Source of the DNA: Candidatus Aldehydirespirator sp.
Lineage (GTDB): Bacteria > Actinomycetota > Acidimicrobiia > Acidimicrobiales > Aldehydirespiratoraceae
Assembly: GCA_965220645.1 (NCBI GenBank)
Contig: OZ244836.1
Location: forward strand, 1,295,521 to 1,359,520
DNA length: 64,000 bases
Direction of reading: 5' to 3'
Positions 26,723 to 35,082 of this stretch are shown one piece after another (the stretch's first letter is position 1; every line of letters begins with the position of its first letter). The notes beneath the pieces are model-generated. The model did not search any database, was not told where the DNA came from, and worked only from the letters and a program-made list of their open reading frames with translations. The position numbers and the translations under genes are program-made.

Positions 26723-27783
26723 CCGAGAGGCCGCGAGGGCTCGCAGCCCGCTACTACACCGGCCCTGACATATTCGCGGCGGAGATGGAGCGGGTCTTCG
26801 CCCGCAGCTGGGTGATGGTGGGACACGTCTCGCAGGTGGCCGAGCCGGGCACCATCATCACCGTCGCGGTCGGCGACGAGAGCGTGCTGGTTGCCAACGA
26901 CGGCGGTGTTCTGAGGGCGATGTACAACGTGTGCCAGCACCGGGGCCACCAATTGGTGACCTCCGAGCGGGTGCAGGTGGACCAGATCACCTGCCCCTAC
27001 CACGCCTGGACTTACGGGCTCGACGGCCGGCTGCTGCACGCCCGGGGTGAACAGGTCGGCGAGCTGTGCGTTCCACCGGTGAGGCTCGAGACCCAGGGCG
27101 GCTTCATGTACGCCAACCTCGACCCCGAGGCCGCGTCACTGGCCGACGTCGGTGCGGGCGTCGAGGACGAGTTGCTGGCACTGGCACCCGACGTGGCCGA
27201 GCGGGTGCTGGCGGCCCGCAACACCCACGAGATGCGGGCCAACTGGAAGGTGGTAGTGGAGAACTACAACGAGTGCTACCACTGCCCGAACGTGCACAAG
27301 TGGTTCACCGCGGGAGTGATCTCGCCCGGCAGCTACCGGATCTCGATGCACGGCGATGTGATCCGCCACACCGCCGAGGGTCCGCGGTCGCACGACGGAT
27401 CCGGCAAGTCGACCGGGGAGGCGGCCGGCTACGGCTCGTTCTACACCTGGCCCGTCTCTTCCATCCAGTGCTATCCGGGCCAGGTCATCAACACCTTCCG
27501 CTGGGTGCCGCTCGCGGTTGACCGCACGCTGCTGATCCGCGAGTGGTGGTTCCCGACCGCGGAGATCACCGGGGAGCAATCGAGGCTCATCTCAGAAGAC
27601 TGGGACAACACCGCCTGGGAGGACTTCGTGATCGTGGAGTCGGTCCAGCGGGGCATGTCCAGCCGCGGCTACCGCCCAGGCCCGCTGACAATGGACCCCA
27701 GCGGGGAGTGCGACGTCCACAGCGAGAACTCGGTCCATCACCTTCAGGGCCTGCTGCTGGCCTCGCTGGGCGACACCGTGTGA
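26719..27783 (+). CDS. Rieske [2Fe-2S] non-heme-iron oxygenase, alpha-subunit-like (1)
   Basis: Rieske motif CQHRGHQL...CPYHAWTY. The start overlaps the upstream stop as GTGA. Confidence 0.85.
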   Translation: MTERPRGLAARYYTGPDIFAAEMERVFARSWVMVGHVSQVAEPGTIITVAVGDESVLVANDGGVLRAMYNVCQHRGHQLVTSERVQVDQITCPYHAWTYGLDGRLLHARGEQVGELCVPPVRLETQGGFMYANLDPEAASLADVGAGVEDELLALAPDVAERVLAARNTHEMRANWKVVVENYNECYHCPNVHKWFTAGVISPGSYRISMHGDVIRHTAEGPRSHDGSGKSTGEAAGYGSFYTWPVSSIQCYPGQVINTFRWVPLAVDRTLLIREWWFPTAEITGEQSRLISEDWDNTAWEDFVIVESVQRGMSSRGYRPGPLTMDPSGECDVHSENSVHHLQGLLLASLGDTV

Positions 27784-29204
27784 TGACGGACGTTCAACCC
27801 TCGGGCTCTAGAACCCTTGAGGCTGCGAACGGCTCGTTGTCGGCTGTGCTGGCCGAGTTCCTGAGCAGTCTTGAGGGCAGGATCGCACCAGAGCGCATCA
27901 CGGTCGCCAGCAACTGTGTGATCGACACCCTCGGTGCCATCGCCTACGGGGCGGAACAGCCATGGTCGCGGGCCGCGACCCGCTACGCCCTCGCCACCGG
28001 TGGTGAGGGACCCTGCACTGTCGTCGGGAGGGGCGAGAGCGCCACGCCGGCCATGGCTGCCTTCGCCAACGGCACGGCGGCCCACGCCTTCGAGCTCGAC
28101 GACGTGCACGAGGAGGCCGTCAACCATCCGGGTGCCGTTGTGGTTCCGGCCGCTCTAGCGATGGCCGAGGAGATCGATGCCTCCGGGCTGGCCCTCCTGG
28201 AGGCGGTAGTGGTCGGCTACGAGGCCATGGCCCGGGCCGGACTGGCGGTCGGGCCGGTCTCGCACATGCTGGCCGGATTCCATCCCACCTCGATGTCGGG
28301 GGTCTTCGGCGCGGCGGCCGCGGTCGCCCATCTCCACGGTTTCGACGCAACCCGGCTCAACGACGCGTTCGGAGTCGCGGCCTCGCTGGCGTCGGGGACC
28401 ATGGAGTTCGCGGCCTCGGGCGGGATGGCCAAGCGGATCCACGCGGGGCGGGCCGCCGAGGGTGGGATCATGGCCGCCACACTGGCCGCCGACGGGTTCG
28501 AGGGCGCTCGTGACGGGCTGGCAGGTACCTACGGGTTCTGCCGGGTGTTCACGCGCGACCCCAGCCCGCACCTGCTCACCGAGGACCTCGGCGAGCGTTG
28601 GATGATCGACGAGATCACGGTCAAGCCGTACGCGGCCTGCAGCGACGTCCACGCCATGATCCAGGCCACCTCCGAGCTGGTGGCCGAACACGGCATCATT
28701 GCCGAGCAGATCGACAACATCGCGGTGCACGGGCCGACCAAGGCCGCCGAGCTCAACGACATGGACGGCACCACCTCGGTGATGGCCGCCCAGTACTCGG
28801 CCCGGTTCAACATCGCGGCCGCGGTCCTGGCCGACCCGGCCGACCCCGACACATACCATCCCGATCGCATTGCCGACCCTGCGCTGGCGGCCCTGCAGGC
28901 CAAGGTGGCCACGACCGTGCCGGATCCCGCCTTCGACGCCACCTACGCCTGGAAGCAGGGAGCTCGGGTGGAGATCACCACGACCGACGGCCAGGTGCTG
29001 GAGCGGACCGTCCACGGCCAGCGAGGGTCCATGCACGATCCGCTCGGCGACGCAGAGATCGAGCGCAAGTTCCGGACTCTGGCCAGCGGTCGTCTCGACC
29101 CGGGAGTCCCCGAGGCCGTCCGCTCGCTGCCGGATCGCCCTGTGCGCGAGCTGACCCGCCTGCTGCGCTCCGGTTGGCGGCCGGACACGTCCGGGGCACG
29201 CTGA
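27783..29204 (+). CDS. MmgE/PrpD-family protein
   Basis: Start at ATG 27783, with a TGATG overlap to the Rieske gene. ~470 aa with PrpD-like segments (NGTAAHAFELDDVH, HPTS, KPYAAC). Confidence 0.8.
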   Translation: MTDVQPSGSRTLEAANGSLSAVLAEFLSSLEGRIAPERITVASNCVIDTLGAIAYGAEQPWSRAATRYALATGGEGPCTVVGRGESATPAMAAFANGTAAHAFELDDVHEEAVNHPGAVVVPAALAMAEEIDASGLALLEAVVVGYEAMARAGLAVGPVSHMLAGFHPTSMSGVFGAAAAVAHLHGFDATRLNDAFGVAASLASGTMEFAASGGMAKRIHAGRAAEGGIMAATLAADGFEGARDGLAGTYGFCRVFTRDPSPHLLTEDLGERWMIDEITVKPYAACSDVHAMIQATSELVAEHGIIAEQIDNIAVHGPTKAAELNDMDGTTSVMAAQYSARFNIAAAVLADPADPDTYHPDRIADPALAALQAKVATTVPDPAFDATYAWKQGARVEITTTDGQVLERTVHGQRGSMHDPLGDAEIERKFRTLASGRLDPGVPEAVRSLPDRPVRELTRLLRSGWRPDTSGAR

Positions 29205-29208
29205 TGCC

Positions 29209-29997
29209 ATGAGTGAGCTCGATCTGAGCAAGGACTTCGAAGGCCGTCACGGCGCGGCGCTGGTGGTGGGGGGCAGCGGCGGCCTTGGCTCCGTGATCGC
29301 GGTGGAGCTGGCCGCCCGCGGTAGCGATGTGGCCCTCAGCTACCGCAGCAACGCCGACGCGGCCGCAGCCACCGCGGCAGAGATCGAGCGACGTGGCCGC
29401 CGGAGCTGGCTCGCAGCCGCCGACCTCACCGATGACGAGGCGGTGGCCGCGGCAGTGGCGGAACTGGCCGACGCGGCGGGCGGCCTGCACACCATGGTGT
29501 ACGCGGCCGGCCCCCACGTCCCGCAGATGCACATGAGCCGCACAGGGTCCGCGGCAATGAGGGCTCAACTGGACGCCGACGCGGCCGGGTTCTTCGCGGC
29601 GGCTTCTGCCGTGCTGCCGCATCTGCGCGAGTCCAGGGGCAGCATCGTTGCCGTCACCACCGCCGGCACCGGCCGGTTCCCGGTGCGCGACGGCTTGAGC
29701 ACCGTCCCCAAAGCCGCCGTCGAGGCCGCGGTACGGGGCCTGGCCGCTGAGGAGGGACGCTTCGGCGTGCGGGCCAACAGCGTGGGCCCTGGGATGCTGA
29801 CCGACGGCATGGCCGAGCGCCTGGTGGCTTCGGGCGACCTCGACGAGAGGGCGCTCGACGCGGCCCGGTCCAACATCCCCATGCGCGGTTTCGGCACCGC
29901 CGCCGACATCGCCGAAGCGGTGTGCTTCCTGGCCTCGGATCGGGCCCGCTACATCACCGGCCAGCAACTGGCAGTCGACGGCGGCTACACGGTCTGA
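29209..29997 (+). CDS. Short-chain dehydrogenase/reductase (SDR)
   Basis: 262 aa. Contains GGSGGLG and a C-terminal YITGQQLAVDGG. Confidence 0.85.
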   Translation: MSELDLSKDFEGRHGAALVVGGSGGLGSVIAVELAARGSDVALSYRSNADAAAATAAEIERRGRRSWLAAADLTDDEAVAAAVAELADAAGGLHTMVYAAGPHVPQMHMSRTGSAAMRAQLDADAAGFFAAASAVLPHLRESRGSIVAVTTAGTGRFPVRDGLSTVPKAAVEAAVRGLAAEEGRFGVRANSVGPGMLTDGMAERLVASGDLDERALDAARSNIPMRGFGTAADIAEAVCFLASDRARYITGQQLAVDGGYTV

Positions 29998-30049
29998 AGC
30001 ACCGGTTCGCGGCCACTCTGTATCGCCGGCGCGGATAGCGTCGGAGTCG

Positions 30050-31603
30050 ATGTACCCCGGAGCACACGCCGCCACCAACCCCGACAAGCCGGCCCTGATC
30101 ATGGCCGGCTCGGGCGAGACCGTCACCTACGCCCAGCTCGACGCCGAAGCCAACCGGGTGTCGCGGATGTTCCGCGACGCGGGGCTGTCTCCCGGAGACC
30201 ATGTCGCCTGGTGCCTCGAGAACCACCGCAACTTCCTGCCGCTGTGCTGGGGTGCGTACTACGCCGGGCTGATCTACACGCCGATGAGCAGCCGCCTGAC
30301 CACCGACGAGATCGCCTACATCGTCGACAACAGCGGTGCCCAGGCCTACATCACGTCGCGATACAAGGCCGCGCAGGCCGCCGAGCTGGTCGACCGGATG
30401 GACAGCGTCGACCTGCGTCTGATGATGGACGACGTCATCGACGGGTACGAGAGCTACGAGCAGGCGGTGGCCGCGGCCTCGCCGGAGCCGCTGGAGGGGC
30501 GGGTGGCCGGTGCGGACATGCTCTACAGCTCGGGCACGACCGGGCGTCCCAAGGGGGTGCTCGCCGCGTACGAGACCGTACCCATCGAGGAGGTGGAGTC
30601 GGTGGTGGCCGTGATGTCCGTGCTGCTGCTGGGCATGTCCGACGAGTCGGTGTACCTGTCGCCCGCGCCCATGTACCACGGCGCGCCGCTGCGCTTCACC
30701 ATGGCCGCCCACATCATCGGGTCCACGGTGGTGGTGATGGAGCGATTCGACGCGGCCGAGTTCCTGGCCGCGGTCGAGCGCTACTCGGTGACCCACACCC
30801 AGGTGGTGCCCACGATGCTCGTGCGGATGCTGAAGCTGCCCGACGAGCAGCGGCTGCGCTACGACCCGTCGTCGCTGACCAGCGTGCTGCACGCAGCCGC
30901 ACCCTGCCCGGTGGAGGCCAAGCGCCAGGTGATCGACTGGCTGGGACCCATCGTCAGCGAGTACTACGCGGGCACCGAGGGCAACGGGGCCACCTTCTGC
31001 GACAGCGAGCAGTGGCTGGCCCACCCCGGCACGGTGGGGGTGCCCATCAGCGGCGAGGTCCACATCGTGGACGAGGCCACCGGCGAGGAGGTGCCCGCCG
31101 GTTCCGAGGGCGTGGTGTACTTCGGCGGCGGCGGCACCTTCGAGTACCACCTCGACGACGAGAAGACCCGCAACTCCCGGTTGCCCAACGGCTGGTCGAC
31201 CATCGGCGACATCGGCCGGGTGGACGACGACGGATTCCTGTACCTGACCGACCGCAAGGCGCACATGATCATCTCCGGAGGGGTGAACGTGTACCCCCAG
31301 GAGGCGGAGAATCTGCTGACCATGCATCCCGCAGTGCTGGACGTGGCCGTGGTCGGCGTGCCCGACGACGACCTGGGCGAAGTGCCCAAAGCCGTGGTCC
31401 GGCCCATCGACACGCCCACCGACGATGAGGCCGCGGCCGCTCTGGAGCGCGACCTGATCGACTACTGCCGGGCCAGTCTCGCCTCCGTGAAGTGCCCTCG
31501 GACGGTGGACTTCCGCGAGGAGCTGCCCCGCGACCAGACGGGCAAGCTCTACAAGCGCCTACTGCGGGACGAGTACTGGCAGGACCAGGACCGCCGCATC
31601 TAG
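30050..31603 (+). CDS. AMP-dependent acyl-CoA synthetase/ligase
   Basis: 517 aa. AMP-binding motif LYSSGTTGRPKGV, plus YYAGTEG, GDIGRVDDDGFLYLTDRK and ISGGVNVYPQE. Confidence 0.9.
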   Translation: MYPGAHAATNPDKPALIMAGSGETVTYAQLDAEANRVSRMFRDAGLSPGDHVAWCLENHRNFLPLCWGAYYAGLIYTPMSSRLTTDEIAYIVDNSGAQAYITSRYKAAQAAELVDRMDSVDLRLMMDDVIDGYESYEQAVAAASPEPLEGRVAGADMLYSSGTTGRPKGVLAAYETVPIEEVESVVAVMSVLLLGMSDESVYLSPAPMYHGAPLRFTMAAHIIGSTVVVMERFDAAEFLAAVERYSVTHTQVVPTMLVRMLKLPDEQRLRYDPSSLTSVLHAAAPCPVEAKRQVIDWLGPIVSEYYAGTEGNGATFCDSEQWLAHPGTVGVPISGEVHIVDEATGEEVPAGSEGVVYFGGGGTFEYHLDDEKTRNSRLPNGWSTIGDIGRVDDDGFLYLTDRKAHMIISGGVNVYPQEAENLLTMHPAVLDVAVVGVPDDDLGEVPKAVVRPIDTPTDDEAAAALERDLIDYCRASLASVKCPRTVDFREELPRDQTGKLYKRLLRDEYWQDQDRRI

Positions 31604-31620
31604 CGGACCGGCGCACGCCA

Positions 31621-31633
31621 GCCCCGTCGGGGC
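31621..31633. terminator. Short GC hairpin between convergent genes (weak candidate terminator)
   Basis: GCCCC-GUC-GGGGC, located between the acyl-CoA synthetase stop (31603) and the minus-strand stop at 31636. There is no U-tract. Confidence 0.3.
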
Positions 31634-31635
31634 GG

Positions 31636-32004
31636 TCAGGCGCCGTCGAGCTGGCGGATGAGAGTGGGCGGGGCGACGCGGCGGTAGCTGTCCTCCAGCC
31701 AGTCGGCGACGTCGTCGATGTCGGCGTCGGCGAGGCGGACCAGCACCGCGCCGTAGCCGTCGTAGTGGGGCACGGTGAACAGCACCCCGGGATGGTTCTC
31801 GAGCAGCACGGGCTTCATCTCCAGCTCGCAGAACAGCACCAGCACCGCGGTGTCGTGGACATGGTCGCGCCGATGCTCGCGCTCACCCCACAACCGGCAG
31901 AAGCCCTTCTTGCGGACCTTGAGTCCGGGCGTGCCGTACCAGGTCGACTCGGTCACCTCGGGCATCTGAAGCCCGATCCTCCGCACATCGTCGAACGTCA
32001 CCAT
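31636..32004 (-). CDS. MmcQ/YjbR-like small protein
   Basis: Start taken at ATG 32004 (MVTFDDVRRIGLQMPEVTESTWYGTPGLKVRKKGF). The pattern resembles the YjbR family. Confidence 0.55.
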   Translation of the reverse strand: MVTFDDVRRIGLQMPEVTESTWYGTPGLKVRKKGFCRLWGEREHRRDHVHDTAVLVLFCELEMKPVLLENHPGVLFTVPHYDGYGAVLVRLADADIDDVADWLEDSYRRVAPPTLIRQLDGA

Positions 32005-32041
32005 GGCGAGCCTTGCGCAGCCGCGACCCGGCTTCGTGCAG

Positions 32042-32902
32042 CTAGGTGACCTTGAGGACGCGGGCCGCGTTCTCGCGCAGGAACTTGGGCCAGACCCTGT
32101 CACGGAAGCCGACGTTGGGCATCTCGGTCATGATGCGTTGCAGCGACAGACCCATGGGGAAGTAGCCGGCGTACATGATCTTGTCGGCGCCCCGGGTGTT
32201 GGCGTAGTTGATGATGGCGGAGGGGTAGTGCTTGGGTGCGAACGCCGACGTGGAGTAGTGCAGGCCCGGCCATTTCAGCATCAGCTTCACGGCCAGGGCC
32301 TCCCAGGGCTCGCAGCCGTGGCGGGTTACCAGGGTCAACTCGGGGAAGTCGTACATCACCCGGTCGAGGCGCTCCACATGCTGGCAGTCCATGGGCAGCC
32401 GGGGACCGGGCACCCCCGCGCACACGAAGACGGGGATGTCCAGTTCGCAACAGGTGGCGTACACCGGGTACCACTTGGCGTCGTCGATGGGGATCTGCGG
32501 GAAGCACCCGGCTGGGAACGTGCCCACGGCCCGGATGTCGTACTCGTCGTGGTAGCGGCGGATGCGCCGCACCGCGCCCATCACGTCGTTGGCGTCGGCC
32601 TGGCAGGTGGCCACGAACCGGTCGGGATGGTCGGCCAGGGCCTTGCGGTTCACCTCGCCCTCGCAGCCGATCAAGCCCCACTCGACGCCGTAGGCGTCCA
32701 TCTCGCCCAGGGTGAGCGCGATGGGATCGTCCGCGCCGTACTTCTCCTTGGGCACGCCCTTGAACATGTACTCCACCGGGAAGTCGAAGTCGGCCGACTC
32801 GGAGTCCTTGAGCTGCTCGCGGATGAACTCGTAGTGCTCGAAGTCCTTGGCGGGAAAGCCGATCATCGTGTCGATGATCCCCACATCGGTCGGCATTGGC
32901 AT
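32042..32902 (-). CDS. Amidohydrolase-2 family metal-dependent hydrolase
   Basis: Start taken at ATG 32902 (MPMPTDVGIIDTMIGFP). The upstream part of ORF 32042..33316 is Arg/Gly/Pro-rich and overlaps the acyl-CoA dehydrogenase gene. Confidence 0.7.
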   Translation of the reverse strand: MPMPTDVGIIDTMIGFPAKDFEHYEFIREQLKDSESADFDFPVEYMFKGVPKEKYGADDPIALTLGEMDAYGVEWGLIGCEGEVNRKALADHPDRFVATCQADANDVMGAVRRIRRYHDEYDIRAVGTFPAGCFPQIPIDDAKWYPVYATCCELDIPVFVCAGVPGPRLPMDCQHVERLDRVMYDFPELTLVTRHGCEPWEALAVKLMLKWPGLHYSTSAFAPKHYPSAIINYANTRGADKIMYAGYFPMGLSLQRIMTEMPNVGFRDRVWPKFLRENAARVLKVT

Positions 32903-32937
32903 GGTGTCGGGCTCCGTTCGTCGCCGGCGATGCGGTG

Positions 32938-34164
32938 CTAGTTGCGGGGCACGTCGCGCCAGGGGATCTCCTTGTCCACCCTGGGCTCGCCGGGCAGGCC
33001 CAGCACCTGCTCGCCCAGGATGTTGCGCATGATCTCGCTGGTGCCGCCCTCGATGGAGTTGGCCCGGGCCCGCAGGAAGCCGTGGTGGCTGTCGCCGAAC
33101 TTGCCGTCGAGAGAGATGGCAGTGGGCCGGCGGAACTCGTAGTCGTAGTCCACCAGCGCCGCGGCTCCCTCGAGGTCGATCACCTTGGCCGTGAGGTCCT
33201 TGTTGAACTCGGCCAGTATCAGCTTGCTGACCGAGCCCTCCGGTCCGGGGTTGCCGGACCGTGCGTTCTGGGAGGCCCGGGCGTTGGTGAGCCGCAGAGC
33301 CTCGCCCCGCACCCACAGTTGCATGACCTCATCTCGGTGAGCCTTGGTGCGCACGGCCGGGTCCATGTTGCGATAGGCCTCGACCAGGCCGGCCACCGGC
33401 CCCTCCTTGGCGGTGGTGGCGCTGCCCATCGCGCCGCCGATGGCGGTCCGTTCGTTCATGAGAGTGGTGAGTGCCACCCGCCAGCCCTCGCCGACCGCTC
33501 CGATGCGAGCCGCATCGGGCATCCGCACGTCGGTCATGTACACCTCGTTGAACTCGGCCTCGCCGGTGATCTGGCGCAGCGGCCGCACCTCAACGCCGGG
33601 AGCGCGCATGTCGAGCGCGAAGTAGGTGAGTCCCTTGTGCTTGGGCAGCTCGGGGTTGGAGCGGGTTACGAGCATTCCCAGATCAGCGACATGGGCCAGC
33701 GTGTTCCACACCTTCTGGCCGTTGACCACCCACTCGTCCCCATCGCGTTCGGCCTTGGTGCCCAGACCGGCGAAGTCCGATCCGGAGCCGGGCTCGCTGA
33801 ACAGCTGGCACCAGCGCTCCTCCCCGGTGAACATGGGCCGCAGGAATCGGCGCTTCTGCTCGTCGGTCCCGTGGTTGAGGATCGTCGGGCCGACCAGCGC
33901 CGTGAAGAACGTCGAGGGATCGGCGGGCTGGGCACCCGCGGCCCGCAGTCGCCGTTCGATGTGGCGGTTGAGCCGGTGGGAGAGGCCGAGCCCGCCGAAG
34001 CCCGGCGGGTGGTGTACCCAGGCCAGGCCGGCGTCGTACTGGTGACCCCGGAACTCGACCTGATTCTCTTCGGTGGGGTCGTGCGCGGCCAGGAAGGCGT
34101 TGACGGCCTCGTCGACGATGCTGGTCTGCTCGGCGATGTCGGCGGATGCTTCGGTGAGTGTCAT
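32938..34164 (-). CDS. Acyl-CoA dehydrogenase
   Basis: Start at ATG 34164 (MTLTEAS...). ACAD-like segments are present, including the C-terminal IEGGTSEIMRNILGEQVLGLP. Confidence 0.9.
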   Translation of the reverse strand: MTLTEASADIAEQTSIVDEAVNAFLAAHDPTEENQVEFRGHQYDAGLAWVHHPPGFGGLGLSHRLNRHIERRLRAAGAQPADPSTFFTALVGPTILNHGTDEQKRRFLRPMFTGEERWCQLFSEPGSGSDFAGLGTKAERDGDEWVVNGQKVWNTLAHVADLGMLVTRSNPELPKHKGLTYFALDMRAPGVEVRPLRQITGEAEFNEVYMTDVRMPDAARIGAVGEGWRVALTTLMNERTAIGGAMGSATTAKEGPVAGLVEAYRNMDPAVRTKAHRDEVMQLWVRGEALRLTNARASQNARSGNPGPEGSVSKLILAEFNKDLTAKVIDLEGAAALVDYDYEFRRPTAISLDGKFGDSHHGFLRARANSIEGGTSEIMRNILGEQVLGLPGEPRVDKEIPWRDVPRN

Positions 34165-34221
34165 CGTGTGATTCTCCGGTGGACGTTGCAGTTGCAGGCG
34201 GGTCGGCGTCATGCTTGGCCC

Positions 34222-35019
34222 ATGCATTCTTACTCCCGCCAGTCACTGATCGACACCACTGAGGCGTGTTTCGCCGAGATTCTGGACATGTGCTCTGATC
34301 TCTCCGATGAGGAGTCGACCGTGCAGTCGCTTTGCCCGGCCTGGACGGTACGCCAGGCCACCGGTCACGCCGTGGGCGTGGAGGACGTGCTCTCGGGCTG
34401 GAAGATCAGCACCGACAACATGCCTCCGTTCGAGAAGATGGTGGCCCTGACGGAAGCCTCCGCCGGCATGTCGTCGGATGCATTCGGCGCTCGGGTGGGT
34501 GAGATATTCGACGCGCGCCGGTCCGACCTGGCCGCGCTCAGCGACGAAGACATCGACCGGCCGTCGTGGACGCCGGTGGGGGTGCAGAGCTATGGGGGCT
34601 TCCTCGCCATCCGCATCTTCGACATGTGGGTCCACGTGCGCGACTGCACGATCCCGCTGGGGCGGGCCACCGACGACAGCGGCCCCGCGGCCGAGATCGC
34701 CTTCGACCAGGTGGAGGGCTCGATGGGCTTCATCATGGGCAAGAAGGTGGGCCTGCCTGATGGCATGAGCCTGCGGGCCGACATCACCGGTCCGGTCGAG
34801 CGCCAGGTCGCGGTAATAGTGGACGGCAGGGCCAGGGCCGCTGACCCCGCCACGCTGGCCTCGCCCGACGTGGTGCTCACCGCGGACTCGACGACGTTCA
34901 TGATGCTGTCCTGCGGGCGCATCGACCCCCAGTCCAAGATCGACGACGGCTCGATCTCCTGGAGCGGCGACGCGCACTGGGGCGAACACGCAGCCCGCAG
35001 CCTCCGCTTCACAATGTGA
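34222..35019 (+). CDS. DinB-like / mycothiol-dependent maleylpyruvate-isomerase N-terminal-domain family protein
   Basis: Start at ATG 34222 (MHSYSRQSLIDTTEACFAEILDMCSDLSDEE...LCPAWTVRQATGH). The rest of ORF 32896..35019 is antisense to the ACAD gene. Confidence 0.6.
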   Translation: MHSYSRQSLIDTTEACFAEILDMCSDLSDEESTVQSLCPAWTVRQATGHAVGVEDVLSGWKISTDNMPPFEKMVALTEASAGMSSDAFGARVGEIFDARRSDLAALSDEDIDRPSWTPVGVQSYGGFLAIRIFDMWVHVRDCTIPLGRATDDSGPAAEIAFDQVEGSMGFIMGKKVGLPDGMSLRADITGPVERQVAVIVDGRARAADPATLASPDVVLTADSTTFMMLSCGRIDPQSKIDDGSISWSGDAHWGEHAARSLRFTM

Positions 35020-35031
35020 CGTCCTCCCTTT

Positions 35032-35080
35032 GCTTTCATCGCGTTCTCTGGTCATATGCGCCGAAGAGCGCGATGAAAGC
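35032..35080 (+). promoter_or_regulatory. 16-bp-stem inverted repeat (candidate terminator or translational element)
   Basis: GCTTTCATCGCGTTCT-N17-AGAGCGCGATGAAAGC, with 15 of 16 positions complementary. It ends 2-5 nt before the TTG/GTG start of the mutA-like gene. Confidence 0.5.
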
Positions 35081-35082
35081 GG

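Noticed and set aside
28975-31327. Minus-strand ORFs 28975..30126 (383 aa) and 29954..31327 (457 aa).
   Set aside because: They are antisense to the SDR and acyl-CoA synthetase genes, which carry canonical motifs. They have no motifs of their own.
32896-34221. N-terminal ~440 aa of the 707-aa ORF 32896..35019.
   Set aside because: This part is antisense to the acyl-CoA dehydrogenase gene and has biased composition. Only the last 265 aa, from ATG 34222, look like a real DinB-like protein.
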